This document shows positions 31,543-42,697 of a stretch of DNA of 64,000 nt, in pieces. The stretch spans positions 335,679-399,678 of the forward strand of contig JBEKQZ010000001.1 of NCBI GenBank assembly GCA_049519175.1. The letters are read 5' to 3'. The notes beneath the pieces were generated by a model. That model saw only the letters and a program-made list of their open reading frames with translations, had not been told where the DNA came from and searched no databases. Position 1 is the first letter of the stretch. Each line of letters starts with the position of its first letter. Position numbers and translations under genes: made by a program. Source of the DNA: Candidatus Levyibacteriota bacterium (GTDB taxonomy: Bacteria; Patescibacteriota; Microgenomatia; Levybacterales; UBA12049).

Positions 31543-33066
31543 TTAGGAAAAGCTTTTTTTGAATTCTTGCGCCGCTTTTTGAATTTTTTTAAGTAAATCT
31601 TCGGATGGTTTTTGTCCGGTTGACAATTCGTCTAAAAGCTTTTGTTCTTTTCGTCGCATGTAATCGTGAAATTCAGTTTCAAACCGGGAAATTTTTTCGA
31701 CTGCGACATCGTCCAGAGTACCGCTGGTAACAAGCCAGACACTTAAGTACTCCAGTGTTTCGGGAAGAGGCTCGTACTGCGGTTGTTTCAAGATCTCAAT
31801 TGTACGCTTACCCCTTTCCAATTGCTTAGTGGTGGCTTCGTCCAATTCGCTGCCAAATTGAGCAAAAGCAGCCAAACTATAATATTGTGCAAGCTCTAAT
31901 CTCATTTTACCCGCTACGGATCTGATTGCGCTGGACTGTGCGGCTCCGCCGACTCTAGAAACAGAGTTTCCTGCGTCAATGGCAGGTCGAATGCCGGCAT
32001 TAAACAAATCCGGTTGTAGAAAAATCTGTCCGTCAGTGATGGAGATAACGTTGGTTGGAATATAAGCGGAAATATCGTTGGCCTGAGTCTCGATAATTGG
32101 TAAGGCGGTTATTGAGCCGCCGCCGTTCTCCTTGTTCATTTTGACGGCTCTTTCCAAAAGTCTCGAATGAAGGTAAAAAATATCGCCGGGATAAGCTTCT
32201 CTTCCGGCCGGTCTTCTTAAAACCAAAGAAATTTGCCGGTAAGCCCAGGCGTGTTTGGTTAAATCGTCGTAGACGACCAGAACATCCTGTCCTTTTTCCA
32301 TAAAGTATTCGGCTATAGCCACTCCGGCATACGGAGCCAGATATTGTAGTGCCGCCGGGTCGGAAGCTGAAGCAACCATCACGATTGAATAATCCATCGC
32401 CCCAGTTTCTCTTAATTTTTCGACTACTCTGGCAATAGTGCTTTGTTTTTGACCGATTGCAACATAAATGCAAACCATTGGCTTGGCGCCTTTAATTTTA
32501 CTGGCTTGCTTCTGATTGATAATTGTGTCAATGGTGATAGCGGTTTTACCAATTCCGCGGTCACCAATAATTAATTCTCTCTGTCCACGACCAATTGGAA
32601 TCATTGTGTCAATCGCTTTGATGCCGGTTTTAACTGGAGTATTCACTGGTTCTCTTTGAATAACGCCGGCGGCGATTCTTTCCAAGGGCATCTTTTTACC
32701 GCCTCTAATTTTTGGTTTACCGTCAAGCGGCTCCCCCAACGGTCCAAGTACCCTGCCAATTAAATCTTCGGAAACCTCAATGCTTAAAAGAATACCGGTG
32801 GTTTTAACCGTGTCGCCCTCATTAATGTCGGTGGACTTGTCCAATAAAATAATTGAGCAGTAATCTTCGTCTAAATTAAGAACGACACCTTGTGCTCCAT
32901 TTCCAAAAATAACCAGTTCGGACATCATTACTTTGGATAGTCCCGAAACTACGATTACTCCGTCGGTATTTTTTTCTACCACGCCAACATTTTTAGATAC
33001 ACCATCAGTCGTAAAAGTTGTGAGCCTTTTTTCTAATTGCTTAATTATTTCTTCAGAGTTTTTCAT
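31543..33066 (-). CDS. atpA: ATP synthase F1 alpha subunit
   Basis: GRGQRELIIGDRGIGKT, GREAYPGD. Confidence 0.98.
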   Translation of the reverse strand: MKNSEEIIKQLEKRLTTFTTDGVSKNVGVVEKNTDGVIVVSGLSKVMMSELVIFGNGAQGVVLNLDEDYCSIILLDKSTDINEGDTVKTTGILLSIEVSEDLIGRVLGPLGEPLDGKPKIRGGKKMPLERIAAGVIQREPVNTPVKTGIKAIDTMIPIGRGQRELIIGDRGIGKTAITIDTIINQKQASKIKGAKPMVCIYVAIGQKQSTIARVVEKLRETGAMDYSIVMVASASDPAALQYLAPYAGVAIAEYFMEKGQDVLVVYDDLTKHAWAYRQISLVLRRPAGREAYPGDIFYLHSRLLERAVKMNKENGGGSITALPIIETQANDISAYIPTNVISITDGQIFLQPDLFNAGIRPAIDAGNSVSRVGGAAQSSAIRSVAGKMRLELAQYYSLAAFAQFGSELDEATTKQLERGKRTIEILKQPQYEPLPETLEYLSVWLVTSGTLDDVAVEKISRFETEFHDYMRRKEQKLLDELSTGQKPSEDLLKKIQKAAQEFKKSFS

Positions 33067-33068
33067 TA

Positions 33069-33419
33069 TTACCGATTAATATATGATACCAAATTTTCGA
33101 AAGTATTTTTCAGGTTAAAATCATATACATTATCGTTGTCGATTAATTTTACGCCGGCAATAAGCGACTTGTCTTCCGAAAACTGCAATTGTTTATCTGG
33201 AAATATTTTTTTTAGCTCTTTTGTCAGCGAACTGTTTGTATCCAACTTTGGCATAATCACCTGGACAGTCTTAGCCTGCTCAAAGTTTTTTAGAAACTGC
33301 ACATACCTTTTTAATTGTGCACGATTTAATAGTTTCGAAATCCGAGTTATTTTTTTTATATCCAATGATTTTCCCGTGTAACTTATTACCGCCAATTTTT
33401 TTATCAGTTTGGTCGTCAT
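33069..33419 (-). CDS. atpH: ATP synthase delta subunit (short form)
   Basis: C-terminal D.SLIAG motif; lies between atpF and atpA. Confidence 0.75.
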   Translation of the reverse strand: MTTKLIKKLAVISYTGKSLDIKKITRISKLLNRAQLKRYVQFLKNFEQAKTVQVIMPKLDTNSSLTKELKKIFPDKQLQFSEDKSLIAGVKLIDNDNVYDFNLKNTFENLVSYINR

Positions 33420-33420
33420 G

Positions 33421-33924
33421 CTAATTAGCCTTTTTAATTTTCTTAAGTGCTTTATTCAAAATTTGTTTTTGCTCTCTTTCTCCAAAAATTCCTTCCAACG
33501 ATCTTGTCAGCATTTCTTCAGCCAGTACACTTACTTTTTCTCCCAGTTCCTGTTCCATGCGCTTCGTATCCTGCTCGATTTGTGCCCTGGCGTCCAGCAA
33601 TATTTTTTCCGCTTGGTGTTTAGTATTCTCTTCAACTTCTTTTGAAACTTCAAGAGCTTGAGTTTTAGCATCCAGTACTAGCACCTTGGCTTCATCGTGT
33701 GCCTTGGCTAAAATCTTTTTTTCTTGATCAAGTGTTTTTTCCAATGTCAGTCTTGCTTCTTCGGCCTGTTTGATGCCCTCTTTAATTTTGTCTTCTCTGG
33801 TTTTAAGCATTCCGAGCACAGGTTTATATAAGAAACGCTTAAGCAAATAAAGAATTATTAGAAAATTTACAATTTGGGCACCCAACAAAATTGGATCAAC
33901 CCCAAAAGTTTTTAATATTTCCAT
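33421..33924 (-). CDS. atpF: ATP synthase Fo b subunit
   Basis: QIVNF TM, P+..+..R...I, coiled coil. Confidence 0.93.
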   Translation of the reverse strand: MEILKTFGVDPILLGAQIVNFLIILYLLKRFLYKPVLGMLKTREDKIKEGIKQAEEARLTLEKTLDQEKKILAKAHDEAKVLVLDAKTQALEVSKEVEENTKHQAEKILLDARAQIEQDTKRMEQELGEKVSVLAEEMLTRSLEGIFGEREQKQILNKALKKIKKAN

Positions 33925-33928
33925 AGTG

Positions 33929-34881
<953 letters not shown>

Positions 34882-34913
34882 CGTATTTATTCTAAAGGCA
34901 AGCTCTTCTCAAG

Positions 34914-37900
34914 TCAAGAAGAAAAATCTCTAATTCCCCGGATTTTATCGACAATAATGACCGGTTTTTCATTTTTAGTGTCAATCTTACCATAAACTAA
35001 AATTACATTGTCTTTGACTAGCAAGCTTTTGTAAATGTCAAAAATTTTCGGGAATACAACACATTCCAAAGTAATCCCATTCTCATTCGCGATAGTCACG
35101 AAAGCCATTTCTTTGCCGGTTTTTTTAGTAAAAATCCGTCTAATGGCTTCAATAATTCCACCAACAGTAACAACCGTTTGTTCTTTTTCTTCATCGAGAA
35201 ATTCAATCTCATGAGTAATGTCGTTTTTAATTTTCATTAAGTTATCAAGCTGCGGATGAGCAGTTAGATATAAACCTAAAAATTCTTTTTCAAACGCCAA
35301 TTTTTCATCCGATGTAAAATCCTCAAAGTCTTTGGTGGAAGATTTGGGAGCTGCTTGAAGATCAACCTCGTCGCCGAATAAACTGGCTTGTCCCAATTTT
35401 CCTTCCTTTTTCTTCTTAGTGGAAGAATCAACAATGTCCGGAAAATCAATCAACAATTGCGCCCGTTTACCAAAACGGTCCATCGCCCCGGCTTTAATCA
35501 GACTCTCCATGGTTTTTTTATTAATCGTACCAAGGTCTACCCGGTTACAGAAGTCTTCGAAACTCTGAAAATCTCCGTCGGACCTATTCTGTAAGATGTT
35601 GTTAATGGCAGCGGCGCCAACATTCTTAATTGCCGACAGACCAAAGCGTATCTTTGTATTTTCTTCAATTGAAAACTCGGCGTCAGACTTATTGATATCG
35701 GGTGGGAGAACTTGAATCTTTAAACGTTTACACTCCGCTACGGCTTGCGCAATTTTTTCGTTTTTTGCCGGACCGGTGGTACCTCTTGATTCGGCAGTTA
35801 AAAGCGCAGTCATTAATTCGACCGGATAATGTGCTTTAAGATAAGCGGTGCGAAAAGCAATCGTGGCATAACAAGCAGCGTGCGCTTTACCAAAACCATA
35901 ACCGGCAAACGGTTCAAACAGCGTCCATAAGACTTCTGCTTTATCCTTTTTCATACCATTCGTAACACAGCCTTGGACAAAGTGGTCGTGCTCTTTTTTC
36001 ATTTCCGATTGAATTTTTTTGCCGACCGCTTTTCTTAACTTGTCCGCTTCCAACCAAGAATATCCGGCTACGCTAACAGCGGTTAATAAAAGATCGTCCT
36101 GAAAAGTAATAATGCCGTAAGATTCCTTTAAGACGTCTTCCAAGCGTGGGTCTGGATATTTAATTAATTTCGGATTATTTTTGCGTTTGATAAATTCCGG
36201 AATGTTGGCCATCGGACCGGGCCGATAAAGCGCCACCATTGCCTGCAAATCGAAAATTGTAGTTGGTTTTAGTTCTTTAATATATCTTCTCATTCCTGGG
36301 GACTCAAGTTGAAAAATACCGGTTGTTTCGCCGGACGCCAAAAGCTTATAAGTTTTTTCATCTTCAAAAGGAATATTGGAAAAATCTACTATTTTATTCT
36401 GATTGACCTTAATAAAGCGCAAGCTCTCTTGGATAATAGTTAAATTCCGAAGTCCCAAGAAATCCATCTTTAACAAACCCACGCCGTCATAATCGGCACC
36501 AATAGAATACATATCGTATTGGGTAATAATTTTGTCGCCGTTACTTTCTCTTTGCAGCGGCGTGTATTCCGTAATGTCTTTGTCGGCAATCACTACTCCG
36601 GCGGCGTGCACGGAGGCATGACGGGCAACACCTTCGACTTTTCTGGCCAAATCTAAAATCTTCCGGGTGTCTTCTTCAATGCTGTAGGCAATTTTTAGTT
36701 CCGGACTTTGTTCTAAAGCCTTGTCAATCGTCATAGCGTGTCCTTGCCAGCCCGGCGGAATCATTTTGGAAATGCGGTCCGGAATTGCGTATGGGTATCC
36801 CAATACTCTTCCAATGTCGCGAACAGAGCCCCTGGCTTCCATTGTGCCAAAAGTAATAATCTGGGCTACTTTGTCGCGGCCGTATTTTTCGGTAACATAT
36901 TCAATTACTTCGTCGCGACGGTTATCAGCAAAATCCAAATCGATATCTGGAGGAGACGGACGCATAGGGTTTAAAAACCTTTCAAACGGCAGCTTAAAAT
37001 ATAATGGGTCGATGTCGGAAATGCTCAAAGCATATGATACAATCGAGCCGGCGTTAGAGCCTCTTCCTGGACCGACCGTAATTCCTTGAGACTTGGCCCA
37101 GTTGACAAAGTCGGCGACAATCAAAATATAAGTTTCATAACCCTTTTTTAGAATAACCGAAAGCTCATAATCAACCCTGTCCGTAATTTCTTTAGTAATT
37201 TCTTTATATCTTTTCTTCAGCCCCTCATCGACTTTAATTTTAATATATTCCGCCGCGGTTTTACCGTTGGGCACCTCCAAAACCGGCATAATCCATTTGC
37301 CCAAAGGAATTTCAACGTTGCACATCGCGGCAATTTTGACGGTATTTTCAATTGCCTCCGGTGTTTGCACAAATAACCCTGTCATTTCATCGGGAGATTT
37401 AATATAAAAGTCCGGGGAAGAAATCATTGACAGCTTTCTACTCGGCGTATCAACAGTGGTTTGGGTTTGGATGCAAAGCAGTGCTTCCTGCGCTTCAGCG
37501 TCACCACTGTAAACATAATGGTTATCATTAGTAGCCACTAGCGGAATTCCCAGCTTTTTGGACATTTCAATTAATTTTGCATTCAGAATTTCCTGATCGG
37601 GAAGATTAGTATGTTTTTGCAGTTCCAAATAAAAATTTCCTTGCCCAAAAATTTCATTTAGCTCTTTAGCCCGTTTTTCGGCTGTTTCCTGCTGATTATT
37701 CATCAGTGGCTCCGAAACAAATCCGCCAAGACAAGCCGTAAGACAAATTAAGCCCTCACGATGTTCTCTTAAAAGCTGCAAGTCGGTTCGTGGACGGTAG
37801 TAATAGCCTTCCAAATTGGCAATGGAAATAATTTTCATTAAATTTTCATAACCTTGAATATCTTTGGCCAAAAGCACTAGATGGTTGGAATCCGTGTCGA

Positions 37901-38144
37901 TCCCGGCTTCCTTATCGTGCAGTGTTCTTTTGCTAACATAGATTTCTGCACCTATAATTGGTTTTATTCCAACTTCGAGACATGCTTTATAAAAAGTAAT
38001 CACGCCATACATATTTCCGTGGTCGGTTAAAGCGATGGCGTTCATTCCCAAATCTTTGGCGCGTTTTGCCATGTCTTTAATTTTTGAAAGACCATCTAGT
38101 AAAGAAAATTCGCTATGATTGTGTAGGTGAACAAATTCAGCCAT
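34914..38144 (-). CDS. dnaE: DNA polymerase III alpha subunit
   Basis: HLHNHSEFSLLDG PHP domain, GRGS, PDIDLD, K.D.LGL, C-terminal OB fold. Confidence 0.97.
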   Translation of the reverse strand: MAEFVHLHNHSEFSLLDGLSKIKDMAKRAKDLGMNAIALTDHGNMYGVITFYKACLEVGIKPIIGAEIYVSKRTLHDKEAGIDTDSNHLVLLAKDIQGYENLMKIISIANLEGYYYRPRTDLQLLREHREGLICLTACLGGFVSEPLMNNQQETAEKRAKELNEIFGQGNFYLELQKHTNLPDQEILNAKLIEMSKKLGIPLVATNDNHYVYSGDAEAQEALLCIQTQTTVDTPSRKLSMISSPDFYIKSPDEMTGLFVQTPEAIENTVKIAAMCNVEIPLGKWIMPVLEVPNGKTAAEYIKIKVDEGLKKRYKEITKEITDRVDYELSVILKKGYETYILIVADFVNWAKSQGITVGPGRGSNAGSIVSYALSISDIDPLYFKLPFERFLNPMRPSPPDIDLDFADNRRDEVIEYVTEKYGRDKVAQIITFGTMEARGSVRDIGRVLGYPYAIPDRISKMIPPGWQGHAMTIDKALEQSPELKIAYSIEEDTRKILDLARKVEGVARHASVHAAGVVIADKDITEYTPLQRESNGDKIITQYDMYSIGADYDGVGLLKMDFLGLRNLTIIQESLRFIKVNQNKIVDFSNIPFEDEKTYKLLASGETTGIFQLESPGMRRYIKELKPTTIFDLQAMVALYRPGPMANIPEFIKRKNNPKLIKYPDPRLEDVLKESYGIITFQDDLLLTAVSVAGYSWLEADKLRKAVGKKIQSEMKKEHDHFVQGCVTNGMKKDKAEVLWTLFEPFAGYGFGKAHAACYATIAFRTAYLKAHYPVELMTALLTAESRGTTGPAKNEKIAQAVAECKRLKIQVLPPDINKSDAEFSIEENTKIRFGLSAIKNVGAAAINNILQNRSDGDFQSFEDFCNRVDLGTINKKTMESLIKAGAMDRFGKRAQLLIDFPDIVDSSTKKKKEGKLGQASLFGDEVDLQAAPKSSTKDFEDFTSDEKLAFEKEFLGLYLTAHPQLDNLMKIKNDITHEIEFLDEEKEQTVVTVGGIIEAIRRIFTKKTGKEMAFVTIANENGITLECVVFPKIFDIYKSLLVKDNVILVYGKIDTKNEKPVIIVDKIRGIRDFSS

Positions 38145-38952
38145 TGGTAGTTATTTCATCAACGTCTAAAAATTCTCCATCAGGGGTTTTTAATGCATAA
38201 TATCGTTTTCCTGTTGATGTGTCGGTATACACTTCTTTTCCATCAATTACTTCTCCCATAATAACTCTATCTTTACCCAGTTTTTTTGCTACCTGCAGAG
38301 CGGTATTAGCTCTACCTTCAAACGTATCTCTCTTCTCGTCTCTAATATAGTCAGTTTGTCCTACGCTAACTGTAATCCTGTGCCCATTTTCTGATTGGGC
38401 ATTCCCAATTGCTTCATGATGCCTTTCTGATATTAGTTTGTCTCCGCTTTTTTCAGGATTATGTGTTCTTCTGGATACTATAGCCAGTTCCTCGCCCCCA
38501 ATTCTAAACGCTAAGTCTGAAGCTCTTAATGTCTCATTTATAGTTTCTCCAACCGTTCGGAGAACTTCATCTCCCGTTGGAATTCCATATCGTTTATTAA
38601 ATACTCCGAAGTCATCAATGTCCATTAAAGTTAATTCTAGAGGGGACGATCTTCGATCTCTTTCTACAGTTGCTATCTCTCGGTCGAGTGTTGCATCAAA
38701 CAAAAATTTTGTTCCTAATTTAGTTAGAAAGTCCTTAGCCATTTTTTTTCTTGCTCCTGATAATTCTTTTCGCAATTTCTCTCTAACAATTTCTGAAGCA
38801 ACTTTATCCCTTGCTTGTTCAGTGGCAACCTCAGGAGAAACTTCTGGATGATGTGTTTGAATTTTCGAAACTTGCACATCAACTCTTCCTTGAACTTCCG
38901 GGCGTTTGCTTATTTTTATTGGGTTTTCTCTTGGTGTTATATCTCCTGCCAT
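38137..38952 (-). CDS. GGDEF-domain protein with N-terminal coiled region
   Basis: DIDDF, GDEVL, RASD I-site, RIGGEEL, TVSVG, AK..G.D. Confidence 0.85.
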   Translation of the reverse strand: MAGDITPRENPIKISKRPEVQGRVDVQVSKIQTHHPEVSPEVATEQARDKVASEIVREKLRKELSGARKKMAKDFLTKLGTKFLFDATLDREIATVERDRRSSPLELTLMDIDDFGVFNKRYGIPTGDEVLRTVGETINETLRASDLAFRIGGEELAIVSRRTHNPEKSGDKLISERHHEAIGNAQSENGHRITVSVGQTDYIRDEKRDTFEGRANTALQVAKKLGKDRVIMGEVIDGKEVYTDTSTGKRYYALKTPDGEFLDVDEITTNG

Positions 38953-40256
38953 TATTTTAATTCCTCCAAAATTAATTTTCTCACAATATTAACATCTATT
39001 TTCTTCTTGATTATATACATTACCTGGCCGATTGCAAATTGAATAACGTTTTCTTTGCCGTTCTTAAATTCTGCGGTCACTTTTGGATTATCTTGAAGAA
39101 CTTTTTGCACAATTGCTCTTAATTCATTAATATTTATTTCTTCGGTTTTATTTGCTGTAAGAATATCTTCAATCAATTTTGCAGGTAAAATTTCGTCAAT
39201 GCTTATTTTTTTATTGATAATGTAGTTGGCGATTTGCTTTGGGGTAACTTTGCCACTAGCATCTTTAACCGCCTGTTCAAAATAATTCGCCTGTTGATCG
39301 TCTTTGACTAAAATTTCGGCATCATACATGGATAAAGAAAATTCTTTTTCGAATCTAGTAAGTTTTTCGTCAGGTAATTCCGGAATTTGTGATTTAAGAA
39401 TTTCAATTTGCTTCGCAGTCCAGCGGATTGGTGGAATATCAGGCTCCGGGAAATAGCGGTAATCATTAGCTTCCTCTTTAACTCTTTGCGAAACAGTGCC
39501 ATTTTTTTCTTCGTCCCAACCTCTGGTTTCTTGCTTGGGAGTGTCGCCTTTTTCCAGAATTTCTAGTTGTCTTTTAATTTCGAAATCAATTGCTTTTTCG
39601 ACAAAACCAAATGAATTAATATTTTTTACTTCAACTTTATATTTTGGCAAAATCTTGGAGTTTGAATTAAGTGTAATCGAAATATTGGGCTCCAAACGCA
39701 TTTGCCCTTTTTCCATATCGGCATCGGAAACACCCAAATACCGCACAATTTGCTGCAATTTCTGTAAGTAAGCTTTAACGTCTTTGGCATTGTCAAAATC
39801 CGGTTCAGTGACGATTTCGACCAAAGGTACACCACTTCTATTAAAATCAATTAAGCTTGACCCACCTTCATGTGTTAGCTTTCCCGTATCTTCTTCCATG
39901 TGCACGCGGGTAATGCCAAATTTCTTTCCTTTTATTTGAATGTGCCCGCCTAAACAGAAAGGCTCGTCATACTGGGAAATCTGATAACCTTTGGAAAGGT
40001 CGGGATAGAAATAGTTCTTACGGTCGAATTTAGCAAATAAGGGAATCTGACAGTTTAAAGCCAGGCCGATTTGCACACACCACTCGATTGCTTGTTGGTT
40101 TGGGACTGGCAAAGCACCCGGTAGCCCTAAACAAACTGGACAAGTATGACTATTTGGTTTCTGACCAAAATAATCTGTCAAACAACCGCAAAACATTTTC
40201 GACTGCGTTTTTAGCTCGACGTGCACTTCTAAACCAATAATTACTTTATAATTCAT
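38952..40256 (-). CDS. gatB: Asp/Glu-tRNA amidotransferase subunit B
   Basis: IGLEVHVEL, RKNYFYPD, YRYFPEPD; start ATG 40256. Confidence 0.97.
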   Translation of the reverse strand: MNYKVIIGLEVHVELKTQSKMFCGCLTDYFGQKPNSHTCPVCLGLPGALPVPNQQAIEWCVQIGLALNCQIPLFAKFDRKNYFYPDLSKGYQISQYDEPFCLGGHIQIKGKKFGITRVHMEEDTGKLTHEGGSSLIDFNRSGVPLVEIVTEPDFDNAKDVKAYLQKLQQIVRYLGVSDADMEKGQMRLEPNISITLNSNSKILPKYKVEVKNINSFGFVEKAIDFEIKRQLEILEKGDTPKQETRGWDEEKNGTVSQRVKEEANDYRYFPEPDIPPIRWTAKQIEILKSQIPELPDEKLTRFEKEFSLSMYDAEILVKDDQQANYFEQAVKDASGKVTPKQIANYIINKKISIDEILPAKLIEDILTANKTEEININELRAIVQKVLQDNPKVTAEFKNGKENVIQFAIGQVMYIIKKKIDVNIVRKLILEELK

Positions 40257-41655
40257 AAGGCGTTTTTTCAAAAAATCTGGTTTCCTGTTCAAAAGTATGA
40301 CCGATTCTAAATAGTAATTCTTCGGAAAACTTTGGTCCTAAAAATTGGATGCCAACCGGCAGTCCTTGAATAAATCCGGATGGTACGGATAACCCGGGAA
40401 TTCCGGCTAGATTGCAATTGACAGTTAAAACGTCCGACAAGTACATTTTTAACGGGTCGTTAACTTTCTCGCCTATTTTCCAAACTACGGTTGGGGAGAC
40501 TGGAGAAACAATCGCGTCGACTTTTTTGTAAGCATTTTCGAAATCCTGAATAATTAAAGTTCTCACTTTCATTGCTTTTTTGTAGTAAGCATCATAGTAG
40601 CCAACGGATAAAGTAAAAGTTCCTAGCATGATCCTTCTTTTTGCTTCGTTGCCAAAAGATGCGCGGTCGTTCCCATAGCGAATACCATCGAACCTAGCTA
40701 AGTTAGAAGAAACTTCAGCGGGCTGAATAATGTAATAAACGGCAATTCCATATTCGGTATTGGGCAAAGAAATGTTGATGATTTCGGCTCCAAGTTTTCC
40801 CAAAATTTTCAGTGAACTTTTAAAGTTATTGAAAATTTCCGGTTCAATTCCTTCAATATATTCCTTTGGCACTCCAATTCTTAAACCATTTATTCCGTTT
40901 GGCAGCGATTTTAAATAGTCAGGAACAATTTCCGGTGGCGTGGTGGCGTCAAAACTATCTTTTCCAGCAGTCACATTTAAAAATAAAGCACTGTCTTCAA
41001 CGGTTTTGGTAAAATGGCCGACGCAGTCAAGTGAAGAAGCCATCGCAATTATTCCATAGCGGCTGACACGTCCATAAGTTGGTTTTAAACCCACAATGTT
41101 AGTAAAACTGGCCGGCAGTCTGATTGACCCGCCGGTATCGGTGCCGGTGGCAGCAAGTGCCATTCCTGACGTTACGCTAACCGCGGAGCCACTGCTTGAG
41201 CCGCCCGGGACATATTCCTCATTCCAGGGATTTTTAACCGCTCCAAAATCGGAATTTTCACCACTTGAACCGTGAGCCCAGGCATCTAAATTGGTTTTGC
41301 CAACAATAACTGCGCCGGCATTTTTCAATTTGGAAATTACGGTCGCGTCGTATGGAGGAATATAACTATCTAAGACTTTGGATGCAGCCGTTGTTTTAAC
41401 TCCTTTGGTACTAAAAATATCTTTCGCGGCAATTGGAATTCCCAAAAGCGGTAAATCCTGCCCGTCTTTAATTAAAACGTCGGCTTGCTTTGCTTGCTCT
41501 AAAGCTTTGTCTTCGCAAACCGTAATGAAAGCATTCAGGTTTTGGTTTCTCATTCTTATTTGGTCAAGACAAGCAGTAACCAGCTCAACGGAAGAATATT
41601 GTCTATCTTTTAATCCTTGCATGGCTTTTTTTATGGTTAGATTATTTAATTTCAT
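40246..41655 (-). CDS. gatA: Asp/Glu-tRNA amidotransferase subunit A
   Basis: Amidase signature GGSSSGS, DTGGSIR.PA, SSNLARFDG. Confidence 0.97.
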   Translation of the reverse strand: MKLNNLTIKKAMQGLKDRQYSSVELVTACLDQIRMRNQNLNAFITVCEDKALEQAKQADVLIKDGQDLPLLGIPIAAKDIFSTKGVKTTAASKVLDSYIPPYDATVISKLKNAGAVIVGKTNLDAWAHGSSGENSDFGAVKNPWNEEYVPGGSSSGSAVSVTSGMALAATGTDTGGSIRLPASFTNIVGLKPTYGRVSRYGIIAMASSLDCVGHFTKTVEDSALFLNVTAGKDSFDATTPPEIVPDYLKSLPNGINGLRIGVPKEYIEGIEPEIFNNFKSSLKILGKLGAEIINISLPNTEYGIAVYYIIQPAEVSSNLARFDGIRYGNDRASFGNEAKRRIMLGTFTLSVGYYDAYYKKAMKVRTLIIQDFENAYKKVDAIVSPVSPTVVWKIGEKVNDPLKMYLSDVLTVNCNLAGIPGLSVPSGFIQGLPVGIQFLGPKFSEELLFRIGHTFEQETRFFEKTPYEL

Positions 41656-41933
41656 TGTTCAAGAATTGCTTTGACTTTAAACGAACCGTTTTGTTGACTT
41701 TTTGTGTTGGTTAAAGCTTGATCTGGTGATAGCGAAGGAGCGGTAGAATCTTCCCGTGTAACATTTTCCAAATTCGTCACCTGACTGGTTTCGTGGACTT
41801 TGTCGGTATTAACTTTTTTTAGCTTTTCAATATATTCTAAAATCTCCAAAAGTTGTTCTTCGTATTTTTGAATTTGATCATCTTTTAAGGGGAGACTGGC
41901 TAATTTGGCGATGTGTAAAACATCTATTTTCAT
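41652..41933 (-). CDS. gatC: Asp/Glu-tRNA amidotransferase subunit C
   Basis: HIAKLA.L, RED, F.V..I; TATAAT 7 nt before ATG 41933. Confidence 0.92.
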   Translation of the reverse strand: MKIDVLHIAKLASLPLKDDQIQKYEEQLLEILEYIEKLKKVNTDKVHETSQVTNLENVTREDSTAPSLSPDQALTNTKSQQNGSFKVKAILEQ

Positions 41934-41941
41934 TGAATACA

Positions 41942-42697
41942 TTATATGGCAACCGAGAGCCGTTTGGCAATCGCCTCCCTGGCTTGGTTTTCTAGATTGT
42001 CGTCTAGTGTTTTCAGCGGAACTTTGGTCTGATATTTAATTTCGAGTGCTTGCTTAATTAAATAATCCGTCAGCAGGGGATTCTTGGGAAGTAGGGGACC
42101 GTGTAAATATGTTCCAATACTATTTTTATAAAGAATACCTTCGGTTTTATCTATACCGTTATTACCAAAACCCTTAACGACCTTTCCAAGCGGTTCGATT
42201 TTTTTACCTAGATAGGTTCTCCCTCCATGATTTTCAAATCCAATTAATCTGTAATTAAGTTTTTCAGAGTACGTGACGATATTGCCGATTAAGCGTTTAC
42301 CATCTTGCTCCGGACTTTCAGTGTAAAAATCGAAAATTCTCAGACCTTTTATTTTGTTGCCGTTAGCCTCTTTATAATAATTGCCCAACATTTGGTATGC
42401 GCCGCAAACATAAATGCCAGGAATGCCTTTTTCAATTGCAGTATTTAATACAGTGGCTTTTGCAAACAAATCTTTAGCCACTGCTTCTTGTTGTTTGTCT
42501 TGAGCGCCACCCATAAGGATTATGTCGCATTTTTCCAGTTCATTTTCCCTAAATCCAACCTCGAGTCTTAAGACTTTGGTTGCTATCTGTCTCCACTCGC
42601 AGCGTTTTTGTAAAACCGTCACGTTACCCCGATCACCGTAGATATTCATCAGTTCCGGATATAGCCACCCAATAGTTAAAGTAAAATTATTTTTCAT
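41942..42697 (-). CDS. gatD: GatD glutaminase subunit of the lipid II isoglutamyl amidotransferase
   Basis: LYPE.MNIYGDRGN, GG.QD, CG.YQ, GFENH, YLHGP. Confidence 0.9.
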   Translation of the reverse strand: MKNNFTLTIGWLYPELMNIYGDRGNVTVLQKRCEWRQIATKVLRLEVGFRENELEKCDIILMGGAQDKQQEAVAKDLFAKATVLNTAIEKGIPGIYVCGAYQMLGNYYKEANGNKIKGLRIFDFYTESPEQDGKRLIGNIVTYSEKLNYRLIGFENHGGRTYLGKKIEPLGKVVKGFGNNGIDKTEGILYKNSIGTYLHGPLLPKNPLLTDYLIKQALEIKYQTKVPLKTLDDNLENQAREAIAKRLSVAI

